Virus record (IMG/VR): IMGVR_UViG_3300010885_013533
Coordinates: 1,748 to 65,747 of that record
DNA: 64,000 bases
Direction: 5' to 3' (one strand)
Origin: a virus
Lineage: Duplodnaviria; Caudoviricetes
The position numbers and the translations under genes are program-made. The notes under the pieces are model-generated. The model was given only the letters and a program-made list of their open reading frames with translations. It ran no database searches and was not told the origin of the DNA. Shown in pieces: positions 18,598 to 27,909 of the stretch. Each line of letters opens with the position of its first letter. Positions within the stretch are counted from its first letter, which is position 1.

Positions 18598-19311
18598 TCA
18601 GTCTTGCCGATTTCCTAGCAGACTGAGCAGCATCTGAAAGATGTTCACAAAGTTCAAATACAAGCTGAGAGCGCCAAATAGTGCACTCTTTTCTGGTGAA
18701 TCAAAACCATACACTTCACCGTTTGACAGATAATCATTCTTGAGATTCTGACAGTCATATGCTGTGAGTCCTGTGAAGATCACAACACCCAGTACACTCA
18801 CAATGAATGCAAGCATGCTGCTGGCCAGGAATATGTTCACCACACTTGCAATCAGAATACCAATCAGGCCCATGATCAGGAACGTGCCCATGTTGGTCAA
18901 ATCTCGTTTAGTGGTGTAGCCTATTGCACTAGCTGACGCAAATGTTGCGGCAGTGATAAAAAATGTGCTTGCAATACTCACACCCGTATAGGTGACAAAT
19001 ATGCTGCCCAAGCTGAGACCCATGCTCACAGCAAACAACCAGAACAACCAGTTTGCTGTGCCATAGCTGAGCTTGTGAATACCAAAACTGAGCACTAACA
19101 CAAATGCCAGCGGAATAAGTGCAAATATGATGGGTAATAAACCTGTCTTAAGTGCCCCTCCCAAAAGTGCGGCTGTGAACCAGGCTGTGATGCCACTCAC
19201 AACTAATGCAGCAGTCATGCGATTGAAAATGCTCATCATGAAGGTTCTGAGCCCTTGATCTAGGGCGCTCACAGATTGCGTGTGCAGTACTGAAGTAGTA
19301 TATTGGTCCAT
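18598..19311 (-). CDS. Bax inhibitor-1 / YccA family membrane protein
   Basis: About 7 hydrophobic segments; DQGLRTFM, GYTTKRDLT, GLTAYD, GALSLYLNFVNIF. Confidence 0.9.
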   Translation of the reverse strand: MDQYTTSVLHTQSVSALDQGLRTFMMSIFNRMTAALVVSGITAWFTAALLGGALKTGLLPIIFALIPLAFVLVLSFGIHKLSYGTANWLFWLFAVSMGLSLGSIFVTYTGVSIASTFFITAATFASASAIGYTTKRDLTNMGTFLIMGLIGILIASVVNIFLASSMLAFIVSVLGVVIFTGLTAYDCQNLKNDYLSNGEVYGFDSPEKSALFGALSLYLNFVNIFQMLLSLLGNRQD

Positions 19312-19334
19312 GTGTATAACCCTTTCTGAGTTTA

Positions 19335-19580
19335 ATGCCACCACTTCTGTTTCTAGGTGGGTGGCCCACCCAATGGAATTACGCTGCTAGCAACGCATTC
19401 TCAAATGCAACATTAGTGTTTGCATTTACAGTTTTCTTGCTGTAAGGTAGCTTGCGCACCAACACCTACTCTGACCCTTACTATTGCCAATCAAAATCTG
19501 CGTCGTCCCCATATGGTGGAGACGCTCGGTGCTGCCCCGAGGTCTTGGTCAATTTATTTGATTAGTATCCACAGTGTTAC
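19335..19580 (-). ncRNA. ssrA: permuted (two-piece) tmRNA; ends approximate
   Basis: Minus strand: T-arm CTCGG-GGCAGCA-CCGAG, CGTCTCC-A-CCA, 3-nt spacer TAT, then GGGGACG (G3:U70 pair); tag ORF ANTNVAFENALLAA-stop at about 19379-19423; TTGACA at 19607-19612 upstream. Confidence 0.92.
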
Positions 19581-19638
19581 TCATATTTAGCTATAATAAA
19601 AGGGTATGTCAAGCCTACTCAGAATGAATCAATTGAGA

Positions 19639-20730
19639 TTACCTGCCTGCTGCATACGCCCTAGCTTCAGCAGTAGCTAATTGCTCTCTGCTTATGCCCA
19701 AAGCATTAGCTCTAGCTTGTTGCGAAGCTAAAATATCGGCACCACTCGGTCCAAGACCATTATCAGCGATTCCAAACTGTACAAACAATCTGTCTCTGAA
19801 ACTCAGGTTGTCGGGGGCGCCTGTGCCGGCCTGAGCCAAAGCTGGTTCAGTTAAACTGGGTGGCAACTGAAAGTTTGTTGAGTTGCTATCGCCCATGATG
19901 CTCTTCAAGCAAGGGTTCACATTTGGCACCACCAATCTGAAAGGATTGTTGGCCACATTGGCCAGTGCGCCTGCAACATTTTCTATTTCAGCTTTAATGG
20001 CTGATGCCACACCAGTTATGGCTGCACCCACACCTTTGATCAAGCCTGTGACTGCACTACCCAAACCCCCAAACAGTGCTGAACTGGCTTTACCCAGTGC
20101 GGAAATAGCTCCGTTAATCAGTTGTGACGCACCTGATTTTATGGCTGCCATGAGTGCTGTCATGGCGCCTGTGAATGTGCCAATAATGGCTTGTGGAATG
20201 GCCATTAATGCGTTTGTCACGGATCCCAGAGTGGAAGTCACACCTTTCAACACATCATTAAATGCTCCTTGCACACTGCCAATAAATCCGGACAAACTGT
20301 TGCATCTGTTTTCAGTGTTGCGTTGGGTGGGTTGGAAAGTGAGATCAATAGCTCTGAATATGCTAGCGCCATTTTCCAGCACATTGGTGGCATGTGCGCT
20401 CATGTTGGTGATTGTGGCTGGAATCTGACCCACTTGTTGCAAGCTGTTTAAACTTTGTTCAATCTGCGTCAATTGTGCGGGAGACACACTCAGACTGCTT
20501 TCTGCTACAGCCATAGCCTGCGCGGCAGGATCTGCCAGTGTGGCCACAGTGGGGGCAGTAGGCACAGCTGAACTCAAGCTGGATGCGCCCACTGTGCTTC
20601 CTGTATAGGCCTGGGTTAAACTGGCTTGAATAGCTGTGTTGGGATCACCATAGTTGGGAGCAACCTCAGATTGCTCCATGCTGCTGGTCACATAATTGAA
20701 TACTATGTATTTTTGTGTGGTAGTGCTCAT
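19639..20730 (-). CDS. Ala/Gly/Ser-rich hypothetical, possibly virion protein
   Basis: Long ORF with amphipathic tape-measure-like composition; TAAATA upstream. Confidence 0.6.
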   Translation of the reverse strand: MSTTTQKYIVFNYVTSSMEQSEVAPNYGDPNTAIQASLTQAYTGSTVGASSLSSAVPTAPTVATLADPAAQAMAVAESSLSVSPAQLTQIEQSLNSLQQVGQIPATITNMSAHATNVLENGASIFRAIDLTFQPTQRNTENRCNSLSGFIGSVQGAFNDVLKGVTSTLGSVTNALMAIPQAIIGTFTGAMTALMAAIKSGASQLINGAISALGKASSALFGGLGSAVTGLIKGVGAAITGVASAIKAEIENVAGALANVANNPFRLVVPNVNPCLKSIMGDSNSTNFQLPPSLTEPALAQAGTGAPDNLSFRDRLFVQFGIADNGLGPSGADILASQQARANALGISREQLATAEARAYAAGR

Positions 20731-20760
20731 GTGAGTATTTAACACATGATTCACATGATT

Positions 20761-21039
20761 CTAACGGGCAGTAAGTTTACCTGATTTTACTTCCTGTTCC
20801 AGTTGATCACACCCACCCACATGGCGACCATCTATCCAAATCTGGGGCACAGTCTTTGCAGTGGGTAACTTTTCTAATAGTTGTTCACGAGTCACATAAT
20901 ACTGATTAGCAGCAGGTTTAGATTCTCCCATTCCTGTGCTGATCTTGTATTCTGTATAAGGAATATTCAATTGTGCTAGGATCATTTTGGCTTTCACGCA
21001 ATACGGGCACGGGTCTTTAGTCCAAATCTCAGCAGTCAT
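20761..21039 (-). CDS. glutaredoxin (NrdC-like)
   Basis: CPYC, TVPQIWIDG, HVGG; adjacent to nrdB. Confidence 0.93.
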   Translation of the reverse strand: MTAEIWTKDPCPYCVKAKMILAQLNIPYTEYKISTGMGESKPAANQYYVTREQLLEKLPTAKTVPQIWIDGRHVGGCDQLEQEVKSGKLTAR

Positions 21040-21122
21040 ATGTTTTTCTCACTAGTTTAGGAATTTGTTTAATATTATAACACACCGTGTGTGAGATCTC
21101 AACCTCACACATGGAAATTGTC

Positions 21123-22256
21123 TTACAAACTGAACCCTTTAAAACTGTTCTCTGTGACATCCATTTTAGCGTCGCCAATCCGGTAAGTGGAAATTTCCGA
21201 TTCTTGTGGAGCCACTTGTACTTCCTTACCACTTATCCACTTTTGTGTCCAAGGCAATGGATTGGGTTTGCGACCGTAAATGTTCTTGAGGCCCACGCTT
21301 TCCATTCGGACCCCTGCAATATATTCCACATATTCTTTGAGCAGATGAGAATTCAAACCAATCATGCTGCCATCCTTGAACAAGTAATCTGCCCAGGCTT
21401 TCTCTTGTGAAACAGCAGTTTCAAACAATTTCTGACAGTCTTGCATGAGTTCGTCTCTTATTTCTGCAAAATCAGGGTCATCCTTGGGTAACAGTTTGAT
21501 TAAAGTCTGGGTGCTGCCCAAGTGTAGATTTTCATCACGGCATATAAACTTGATGATCTTGGCATTACCCTCCATCTTTTTCAATTCAGCAAATGCAAAC
21601 GAACATGCAAAGCTCACATAAAATCTCACACCCTCTAACGCATTCACACTATTGAGTGCCATCCAGATCTTCTTTTTGAGCTCACGCTTGTTCACAGTCA
21701 TGTGCTTGCCATTCACCACATGATCACCTTCACCCAGGGTGTGGAACCACATGGTGTAGTTGATCAGATCGTCATAGTGACGAGTGATGTCTTGGGCACA
21801 GTCCACAATTTCCTGAATATCCAACAGTGTATCTAAAACCTTGCTGGGATCTGAGTATACATTGCGAATGATGTGAGTATAGCTTTTTGAATGAATGGTT
21901 TCTGAGAATGCCCAAGTTTGAATCCACACTTCCAGTTCTGGTAGAGAACATAGGGGCAGGAAAGCACTGTTGGGAGCTCTACCTTGCACACTGTCCAAGA
22001 TTATTTGTCGCTTGAGATTGCTGGTAAAGATATGCTGCTCATGTGTGGTGAGAGCACGAAAGTCTTTAGCATCCTTGCCTAGATCAATCTCTTGGGGACG
22101 CCAAAAAAAGCTCAGCTGTTCCTCTGTGAGCCTGTCAAACACTCTGTATTTCATACGGTCGTAACGGGCAACACCTGTTGTGCCGTGGGCATCCAGGAAA
22201 GCCAATGCCTGAGTATGATCTGTTTTATTTTTGATATCAAGTGTTTGAAAGGTCAT
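21123..22256 (-). CDS. nrdB: class Ia ribonucleotide reductase beta subunit
   Basis: FFWRPQE, LDSVQGR, ETIHSKSY, EGVRFYVSF, RDENLH, VAPQESEI. Confidence 0.96.
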   Translation of the reverse strand: MTFQTLDIKNKTDHTQALAFLDAHGTTGVARYDRMKYRVFDRLTEEQLSFFWRPQEIDLGKDAKDFRALTTHEQHIFTSNLKRQIILDSVQGRAPNSAFLPLCSLPELEVWIQTWAFSETIHSKSYTHIIRNVYSDPSKVLDTLLDIQEIVDCAQDITRHYDDLINYTMWFHTLGEGDHVVNGKHMTVNKRELKKKIWMALNSVNALEGVRFYVSFACSFAFAELKKMEGNAKIIKFICRDENLHLGSTQTLIKLLPKDDPDFAEIRDELMQDCQKLFETAVSQEKAWADYLFKDGSMIGLNSHLLKEYVEYIAGVRMESVGLKNIYGRKPNPLPWTQKWISGKEVQVAPQESEISTYRIGDAKMDVTENSFKGFSL

Positions 22257-22324
22257 GGCGCTTCTCTATGTGAATACTTTATTGTTGTGTGAAATGTAGT
22301 TTAAATCAAGTATGTGCATGCTGA

Positions 22325-23410
22325 TTAAATTGTGCATGCATCACATTCAGCTTGGGCGGCAGTTTCATCCACATCGTCCTGGATCATCTTGTCTGTATCT
22401 AGTTCACCTTGTAAATCATTTGTGTTGAAATAATACGCCGTTTTGATGCCCCACTTGTAGCTCATGAGCATGTGACGCAACAGCTCGCTCATGGGCAGCT
22501 GACGATCTGGATAGAACTGTGGATTATAGCTTGTATTAGTACTGATGGTTTGATCCATCCAACGCTGCAACACAGCACAAATCTTTAGGTAACCCTCAGG
22601 CGACTTCTGATCCCACAAAAGTTCATATCGGTTCTTGAGACGGCGATATTCAGGCACCACCTGCTTCATGACACCATCCTTACTTTGTTTGACTGAAATA
22701 AGTGCACGAGGGGGTTCAATTCCATTTGTGCTGTTACTGATCAAACTGCTAGCCTCACTGGGCATACAAGCCAATAATGTGGTGTTTCTGACGCCGTGTG
22801 TGCGTAGGTCGTCTCTTAGCCTATGCCATGGCAGACGTTCATGGTAGCCCACCAATTCGTCAGTTTCCTGTTTGCGAGTGTCAATAGGTACGATGCCTTG
22901 ACCATACTTGCTCAGCTTGCTGCCTTCAGGAGCACCTTTCTCTATGGCCAAATCCACACTGGCTCTGATCATATAGTAACTCCAAGCTTCTGCATACTCA
23001 TCCAGAGTGCTCAGTGCACTGTCATCGCTGTATTTGAAACCCATTTTGGCTATCCAATAGGCCAGATTGGTAATACCGATTCCCAAAGGTCTAAACAACG
23101 TGGTGTGTGCTTGAGCAGCAGCCAATGGATAGTCTTGATAGTCCAATAGTGCATCTAATGCTCTCACAGCCAGCTTGCAGGGCTTTTCAAAGTCCTTGGG
23201 CTCACGAATCTTGCCCCAGTTGATGGCAGCCAGTGTACACAGTGCCACGGCAGGATGGGTGTCGTCTATGCTCTGCAAGGGCATGGTGGGCAGTGTGATT
23301 TCTGCACAGTTGTGAACTACCAGGTTGTTGGCCACAAAGGCAGAAGTTTCTGGCACAGTGATGTCATACACATCAGTGGGTGCAACTTGAATTTTACGGA
23401 TTTTAATCAT
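22325..23410 (-). CDS. nrdA: NrdA C-terminal fragment preceded by split intein C-part
   Basis: 34-aa IntC ending VVHN, then CAEITLP, LCTLAAIN, MPSEASS, NGIEPP, terminal CDACTI. Confidence 0.93.
   Translation of the reverse strand: MIKIRKIQVAPTDVYDITVPETSAFVANNLVVHNCAEITLPTMPLQSIDDTHPAVALCTLAAINWGKIREPKDFEKPCKLAVRALDALLDYQDYPLAAAQAHTTLFRPLGIGITNLAYWIAKMGFKYSDDSALSTLDEYAEAWSYYMIRASVDLAIEKGAPEGSKLSKYGQGIVPIDTRKQETDELVGYHERLPWHRLRDDLRTHGVRNTTLLACMPSEASSLISNSTNGIEPPRALISVKQSKDGVMKQVVPEYRRLKNRYELLWDQKSPEGYLKICAVLQRWMDQTISTNTSYNPQFYPDRQLPMSELLRHMLMSYKWGIKTAYYFNTNDLQGELDTDKMIQDDVDETAAQAECDACTI
23309..23410 (-). mobile_element. split intein C-part (IntC)
   Basis: MIKIRKI…VYDITV…FVANNLVVHN/C, blocks F and G. 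Confidence 0.92.
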
Positions 23411-24351
23411 AATGTTCTGCCTCTCTTATATGAAGGATTATTACTAATGAATTCATTTAATGTGTTTGAAGGAATCATAAGGCTATGGTGTCCGTCTGTA
23501 ATCCACGATTTACTACTGGCTGCACCACGGAGTTTATCTCTGTGTTGCAACGATTTATATTGGGAGTCATGAACAACAGACTGTTCACGCTCTTGATTGT
23601 ATCTTTTGATAAGAGATTCATAGGATCCAAAGTTATTGACTATCCATACCTGTGATACCTTCTTGAACTCTGAGAATTCTTTTTTAAGATTGCTCACAAA
23701 CAACTTGGGGGAGAAATAAAGTGCATCTGTTATACTTTTACCCACGCAATCATAAACACGCTGTATTCTCTCAGGAGTCATGCTCTTATAGTTGTTGTTA
23801 TTCACTCCATCTTGACGCTTGCCATTGTTATGGCCAGACACTCCCTTTGAGTGATGAATCCACTCACCACTCACTACTTTGGGATGATCCACAGCCACAC
23901 TACCTATAGATTGGCGTGTGATAGCATCCACAACTGGCATCTTACCTTTACGAGCTTTACTGATGCTGCTGATTCCTATCTGTCTCAAGTGTGCCATAGA
24001 GTTAAGGAACGCTTGATCAACTTCGGACAGATTGATCTGCCTTTTGTGATTTCCACCTGCCTTGGTGAAGAAGAATTGAAGAGCTGAGCCTGTTGAGTAC
24101 CCATATCTGGAGTCCTTGTGCATCTCATACAAGTAATAGTGCGCCATGAGATGCTCCTGAAATGTTAACAGCACAAGGTTGTCCGGGTGGTTGGGATCTC
24201 CAGACAGATGGCCTATAGGCCCTTTGCGCTTGCGTTGTTTGAACATAAATTCGGGCACAATGTGATGCCATTCGTAATAAGCTCCTTGACCTTTTTGGCG
24301 ATTCTGTTGTTTGGCTTGATCTATGATCTGTTTATACAGTTGTTGATACAC
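23407..24351 (-). CDS. free-standing HNH homing endonuclease (MobE-like)
   Basis: EWHHIVP…DNLVLLTFQEHLMAHYYL; AAGGAG then GTG 24351; TAAATA at 24371-24376; ATGA overlap with the nrdA C-fragment. Confidence 0.85.
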   Translation of the reverse strand: MYQQLYKQIIDQAKQQNRQKGQGAYYEWHHIVPEFMFKQRKRKGPIGHLSGDPNHPDNLVLLTFQEHLMAHYYLYEMHKDSRYGYSTGSALQFFFTKAGGNHKRQINLSEVDQAFLNSMAHLRQIGISSISKARKGKMPVVDAITRQSIGSVAVDHPKVVSGEWIHHSKGVSGHNNGKRQDGVNNNNYKSMTPERIQRVYDCVGKSITDALYFSPKLFVSNLKKEFSEFKKVSQVWIVNNFGSYESLIKRYNQEREQSVVHDSQYKSLQHRDKLRGAASSKSWITDGHHSLMIPSNTLNEFISNNPSYKRGRTL

Positions 24352-24385
24352 ACAAAGTCTCCTTTGCGTGTATTTATGTAAGTAA

Positions 24386-24712
24386 TCAAATCTCAGCACA
24401 TAACACGTCAGTTTCTGCCAAATCTTTGGCCATCACCCATCCTCTGTTCTGAGTCCAGATTTGATGATCTGGAGTGCAACGGATCACGTTACCCTTCTCA
24501 TCCTCAATCTCCATGAGCTCAGTCACTGTTGCAGTCTTGGCAGCAGCACTCACTTCACTCCACACAAACTCTCCAGTCTCTGTATTGTAGCTGCGCACCT
24601 TCACATTGTTCATACCTCCATATGACCAGGCTTCCACAAAGCTCGCCAAGTCAATGGTCTTCTCAACACCATCTGTGTGGATAATCTTAAGTTGAGAATC
24701 ACCTGTGAGGCA
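24386..24712 (-). mobile_element. split intein N-part (IntN)
   Basis: CLTGDS block A after QSNL; CTPDHQIWT block B; RGWVMAKDL; 108 aa then stop. Confidence 0.92.
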
Positions 24713-26038
24713 CAGGTTGCTTTGTCTAATAGGGGCCAAGTGTTCCACATATGCTCCATGAGTGTTCACATGGTCCACATTCATCCAGTAAACTCTGCCT
24801 GTGTTTTTGCGTTCGCTCATGAACAGTGTGAACAGATCCACAGCTTTCATGGTCTTTTTACGGATCAGGGGATCAGCCTCATACTGTTCATACAACCTCT
24901 TGAACTCGTCCTGGTCCGCAAAGAAGGCATCATACATGCCAGGCACATCAGATGGTGAGAACAATGTGAGGTTGCCACCTGTGAGCAGTCGCTCATATGC
25001 CAGTTTGTTGAACTGCACTGCATAATCCATATGACGTGCACGATTGTCATCAGTGCCCTTGTTGTTCTTGAGCACCACCAGATCTTCAAACTGCAAGTGC
25101 CAGAAAGGGAAGTAAGCTGTGGCTGCACCTCCGCGCACACCCCCCTGATTGCAGCTTTTCACACTTGCTTGTAGCAGCTTAACAAAGGGCACTACCCCTG
25201 TGTGATAAGCGTCTCCGCCTCTGATAGGGCTATTGATTGCCCTGATACGTCCAATGTTTAATCCAATACCAGCCTTGCGGCTCACGTAGCGAACCACAGC
25301 ATGGCTCACAGCACTGATACTGTCCAGACTGTCGTCTGCCTCAATTAACACACATGAACTGAATTGCTTTTGTGGTGTTCGCACACCTGCCATGATGGGA
25401 GTGGGCAAACTGATGTCATGTTGACTAATTGCATCGTAGAACTCCTTGACCCACTTGAGGCGGGTGTGGTGAGGATAGTCATGGAACAGAGTGGCTGCAA
25501 TCAACATGAGAGCCATCTGTGGGGTCTCAAACAACTGACCAGTCACACGATTCTTGACCAGATATTTGCCTCTCCATTGTTCCATGGCAGCATAGGTTAG
25601 GTCCAAATCTCTTTCGTGATCAATATATGTGTCCAGGACTGCAAACTCTTGCTCTGTGTACCAGGTCAACAGTTCAGACGTATAAAACCCTGTGTTGATC
25701 ACAGTTTGCACATGTGCATGCAGAGTGGGCATGTCATATGCACCATAAGCTTCTTTTCGGATATGATGATTGATCAGTCTGGCAGCCACAAACTGGTAGT
25801 TGGGAGTTTCCAGTTCAATCAAATCCGCAGCAGCCTTGATCAAAGTCTCCTGAATGTCCACAGTCTTGATGCCATTATAAAACTGAAGCTGGCTGCGAAT
25901 CTCTAATTCACTTGCACTTACCCCACTCAAGCCTTCTGTTGCCCACAACACTTGCTGATGTATTTTTTCGATGTTCAATAGTTCTTGGGTGTTATCTCTT
26001 TTTGAGACAAAGACGGGGTCCCCGGGCCGTGAAGTCAT
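24386..26038 (-). CDS. nrdA: NrdA N-terminal fragment (ATP cone) fused to IntN
   Basis: VSKRD ATP cone, FETPQ, SLPTPIMAGVRT, FSSCVLI, QGGVRGGAA, IRQSNL. Confidence 0.95.
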   Translation of the reverse strand: MTSRPGDPVFVSKRDNTQELLNIEKIHQQVLWATEGLSGVSASELEIRSQLQFYNGIKTVDIQETLIKAAADLIELETPNYQFVAARLINHHIRKEAYGAYDMPTLHAHVQTVINTGFYTSELLTWYTEQEFAVLDTYIDHERDLDLTYAAMEQWRGKYLVKNRVTGQLFETPQMALMLIAATLFHDYPHHTRLKWVKEFYDAISQHDISLPTPIMAGVRTPQKQFSSCVLIEADDSLDSISAVSHAVVRYVSRKAGIGLNIGRIRAINSPIRGGDAYHTGVVPFVKLLQASVKSCNQGGVRGGAATAYFPFWHLQFEDLVVLKNNKGTDDNRARHMDYAVQFNKLAYERLLTGGNLTLFSPSDVPGMYDAFFADQDEFKRLYEQYEADPLIRKKTMKAVDLFTLFMSERKNTGRVYWMNVDHVNTHGAYVEHLAPIRQSNLCLTGDSQLKIIHTDGVEKTIDLASFVEAWSYGGMNNVKVRSYNTETGEFVWSEVSAAAKTATVTELMEIEDEKGNVIRCTPDHQIWTQNRGWVMAKDLAETDVLCAEI

Positions 26039-26152
26039 ATTTCAGTCCTTTATTCTTTTGTGTTATGATATTTTGATAATACTTACTGAATGGATTTTTC
26101 AGTGCGATCTATTTAAAATACAGATATACATGTAAACGCTGTGGTTTACTAA

Positions 26153-26614
26153 CTATTTTGGTCTCCAGGTTTGCCAATTTTTGTTTATCCATATCCATGT
26201 GTGTTGCTTTATGGCATTTTTTACTTGGGAAATGGGCGTTTTGTCAACAAATCCCAAATTAAGATAATGGTCATGTGTGTGCACCACAATCTTCTGAATG
26301 GCTGAGTCTGGTTCCCAGATCAACACCAGTTGGACATGGGAAAATGTATCTGGATCAGCCAACATAAGAGTGTATGCCAGTCCCAAACTGTGAGCACTGG
26401 TGCAATATGTGTTGTTGTGTATCAAACTCCAAGGATCAGGCCAGGCTGCATGATTATCCCAGTCTATCACCCCGTTTTCCAAGGGTGCATGCTGCCACCA
26501 GGATAACGCCATGCCTATTTTTTCATCCACATGATGTGCCTGTTGTATATTTTGCCTCAGCTGTTTCCAGCATGCCAGTCTTTGAGAAGCACCAAGCAGA
26601 AATGGACTGTTCAT
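26153..26614 (-). CDS. hypothetical phage protein
   Basis: 153-aa ORF, WPDPW motif, co-oriented with neighbours. Confidence 0.7.
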   Translation of the reverse strand: MNSPFLLGASQRLACWKQLRQNIQQAHHVDEKIGMALSWWQHAPLENGVIDWDNHAAWPDPWSLIHNNTYCTSAHSLGLAYTLMLADPDTFSHVQLVLIWEPDSAIQKIVVHTHDHYLNLGFVDKTPISQVKNAIKQHTWIWINKNWQTWRPK

Positions 26615-26637
26615 GATTCATGCACCTTTCTGTCCAT

Positions 26638-27852
26638 TTAAGCGTTGTTGATCAAGTTGCTTGTGCCCAAGTTTGTGATTGTGCTCACAGTGCTAAATGT
26701 GTCAGCCATGCTCACACATTTGGTGCTTACTGCAGACCAAAGCACAGGCACAACTGAACTGGTTACACCCACATTCACAAACACATTGGCCATGCTCACA
26801 ACACCAGGATTGCTGCTCATGACCTGAATAGCATGGTCGTCCACATTCTCAAAGCTGCTCTCACACACTCTAATGTAGTAAGGTCCTTGGTCCAGCGCAG
26901 ACGTGGGTGATGTCCGTGTTTCTGTTAGAATACCTTTAAACAGATTCCTGAATTGACACTGACTGAATAGTGTGACATTAATGGTATCGTTACTATAAAA
27001 CGCCAGTTCAATATTTGTGAATATGCAATTTATGAAACGTAATTGACCACTGGATGTGCCATCGCCCAAACTTTCTGCTCTCACTGCCACACTGTGGCTG
27101 CCTGGTATAACAGCTTCTGTGGGATTCCATATACCCTTGAATTCACATGTGTTAAACACCACATTACGGAATCTGGCCACCCAAACTAAGTCTATGTTTT
27201 GAGCACTGCTCAGAGTGAGATCTGTGATTTGAATGTGTTCAGGTAATGTGGCTTCGCCCACACCCATGTCCAGCTGTGTTTGGCCCAGACTGTCCACTAA
27301 TTCTAATATATGATCTGCCAACATGTTGTCCATGTGGATCACAGTGTTTTGATATGCTTCTCCTTTTAAACACACAAAAGGATAAATGAGTATGGGCTGG
27401 GTGATCATATATTGACCACTGGGAAACCAAATAGTTTTTCTGGTTTGTTTCACATTCTCTGACGTGGTCAGCTGTTTGGTGTAGAGGTCTTCAATTGCCC
27501 TGTTGATGGCTGCGGTATCATCTGTAATACCATCACCTTTGGCTCCATATGCCTTCACATTCACCCATGCATCATCCAGTTGGGCTTGTAAGCTGCGCAC
27601 AATGGGTTGATTCATGCTCTCACCAGTCTGACTGGGCACAAGAGTATCACTAACAAACTCGTACTGAATTGCCTGCATGACCTGAGAGTACTCAGTAAGA
27701 ACCTGTGTATTTCCTCCCAAAGCAGGAGAGTTTCCTATAAACAGCTCTTGGGTATCCACACAGAAACCCAATTCCCCTTCTTTAAGGCTCACAGGTAAAT
27801 CTGTTTTAAGACCTCTACGATGCTGAATTATACCAAATATTGTAACAGCCAT
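26638..27852 (-). CDS. tail/virion protein with pectate-lyase-like beta-helix
   Basis: N-terminal IQHRRG…LKEGELGFCVDTQELFIG; VNVKAYGAKGDGITDDTAAINRAI, IWFPSGQY. Confidence 0.75.
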   Translation of the reverse strand: MAVTIFGIIQHRRGLKTDLPVSLKEGELGFCVDTQELFIGNSPALGGNTQVLTEYSQVMQAIQYEFVSDTLVPSQTGESMNQPIVRSLQAQLDDAWVNVKAYGAKGDGITDDTAAINRAIEDLYTKQLTTSENVKQTRKTIWFPSGQYMITQPILIYPFVCLKGEAYQNTVIHMDNMLADHILELVDSLGQTQLDMGVGEATLPEHIQITDLTLSSAQNIDLVWVARFRNVVFNTCEFKGIWNPTEAVIPGSHSVAVRAESLGDGTSSGQLRFINCIFTNIELAFYSNDTINVTLFSQCQFRNLFKGILTETRTSPTSALDQGPYYIRVCESSFENVDDHAIQVMSSNPGVVSMANVFVNVGVTSSVVPVLWSAVSTKCVSMADTFSTVSTITNLGTSNLINNA

Positions 27853-27909
27853 AACAATCAAATCCTCTTGCGTGTGACATATTTATCAAGAGGGTGATGT
27901 GTGATCACA

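Noticed and set aside
19500-19545. Stand-alone tRNA-Ala
   Set aside because: No anticodon arm, halves are in permuted order and a tag ORF follows; it is the tmRNA
23407-24386. Group I intron in nrdA
   Set aside because: Only about 35 non-coding nt flank the HNH ORF, too little for a ribozyme core; intein motifs explain the split
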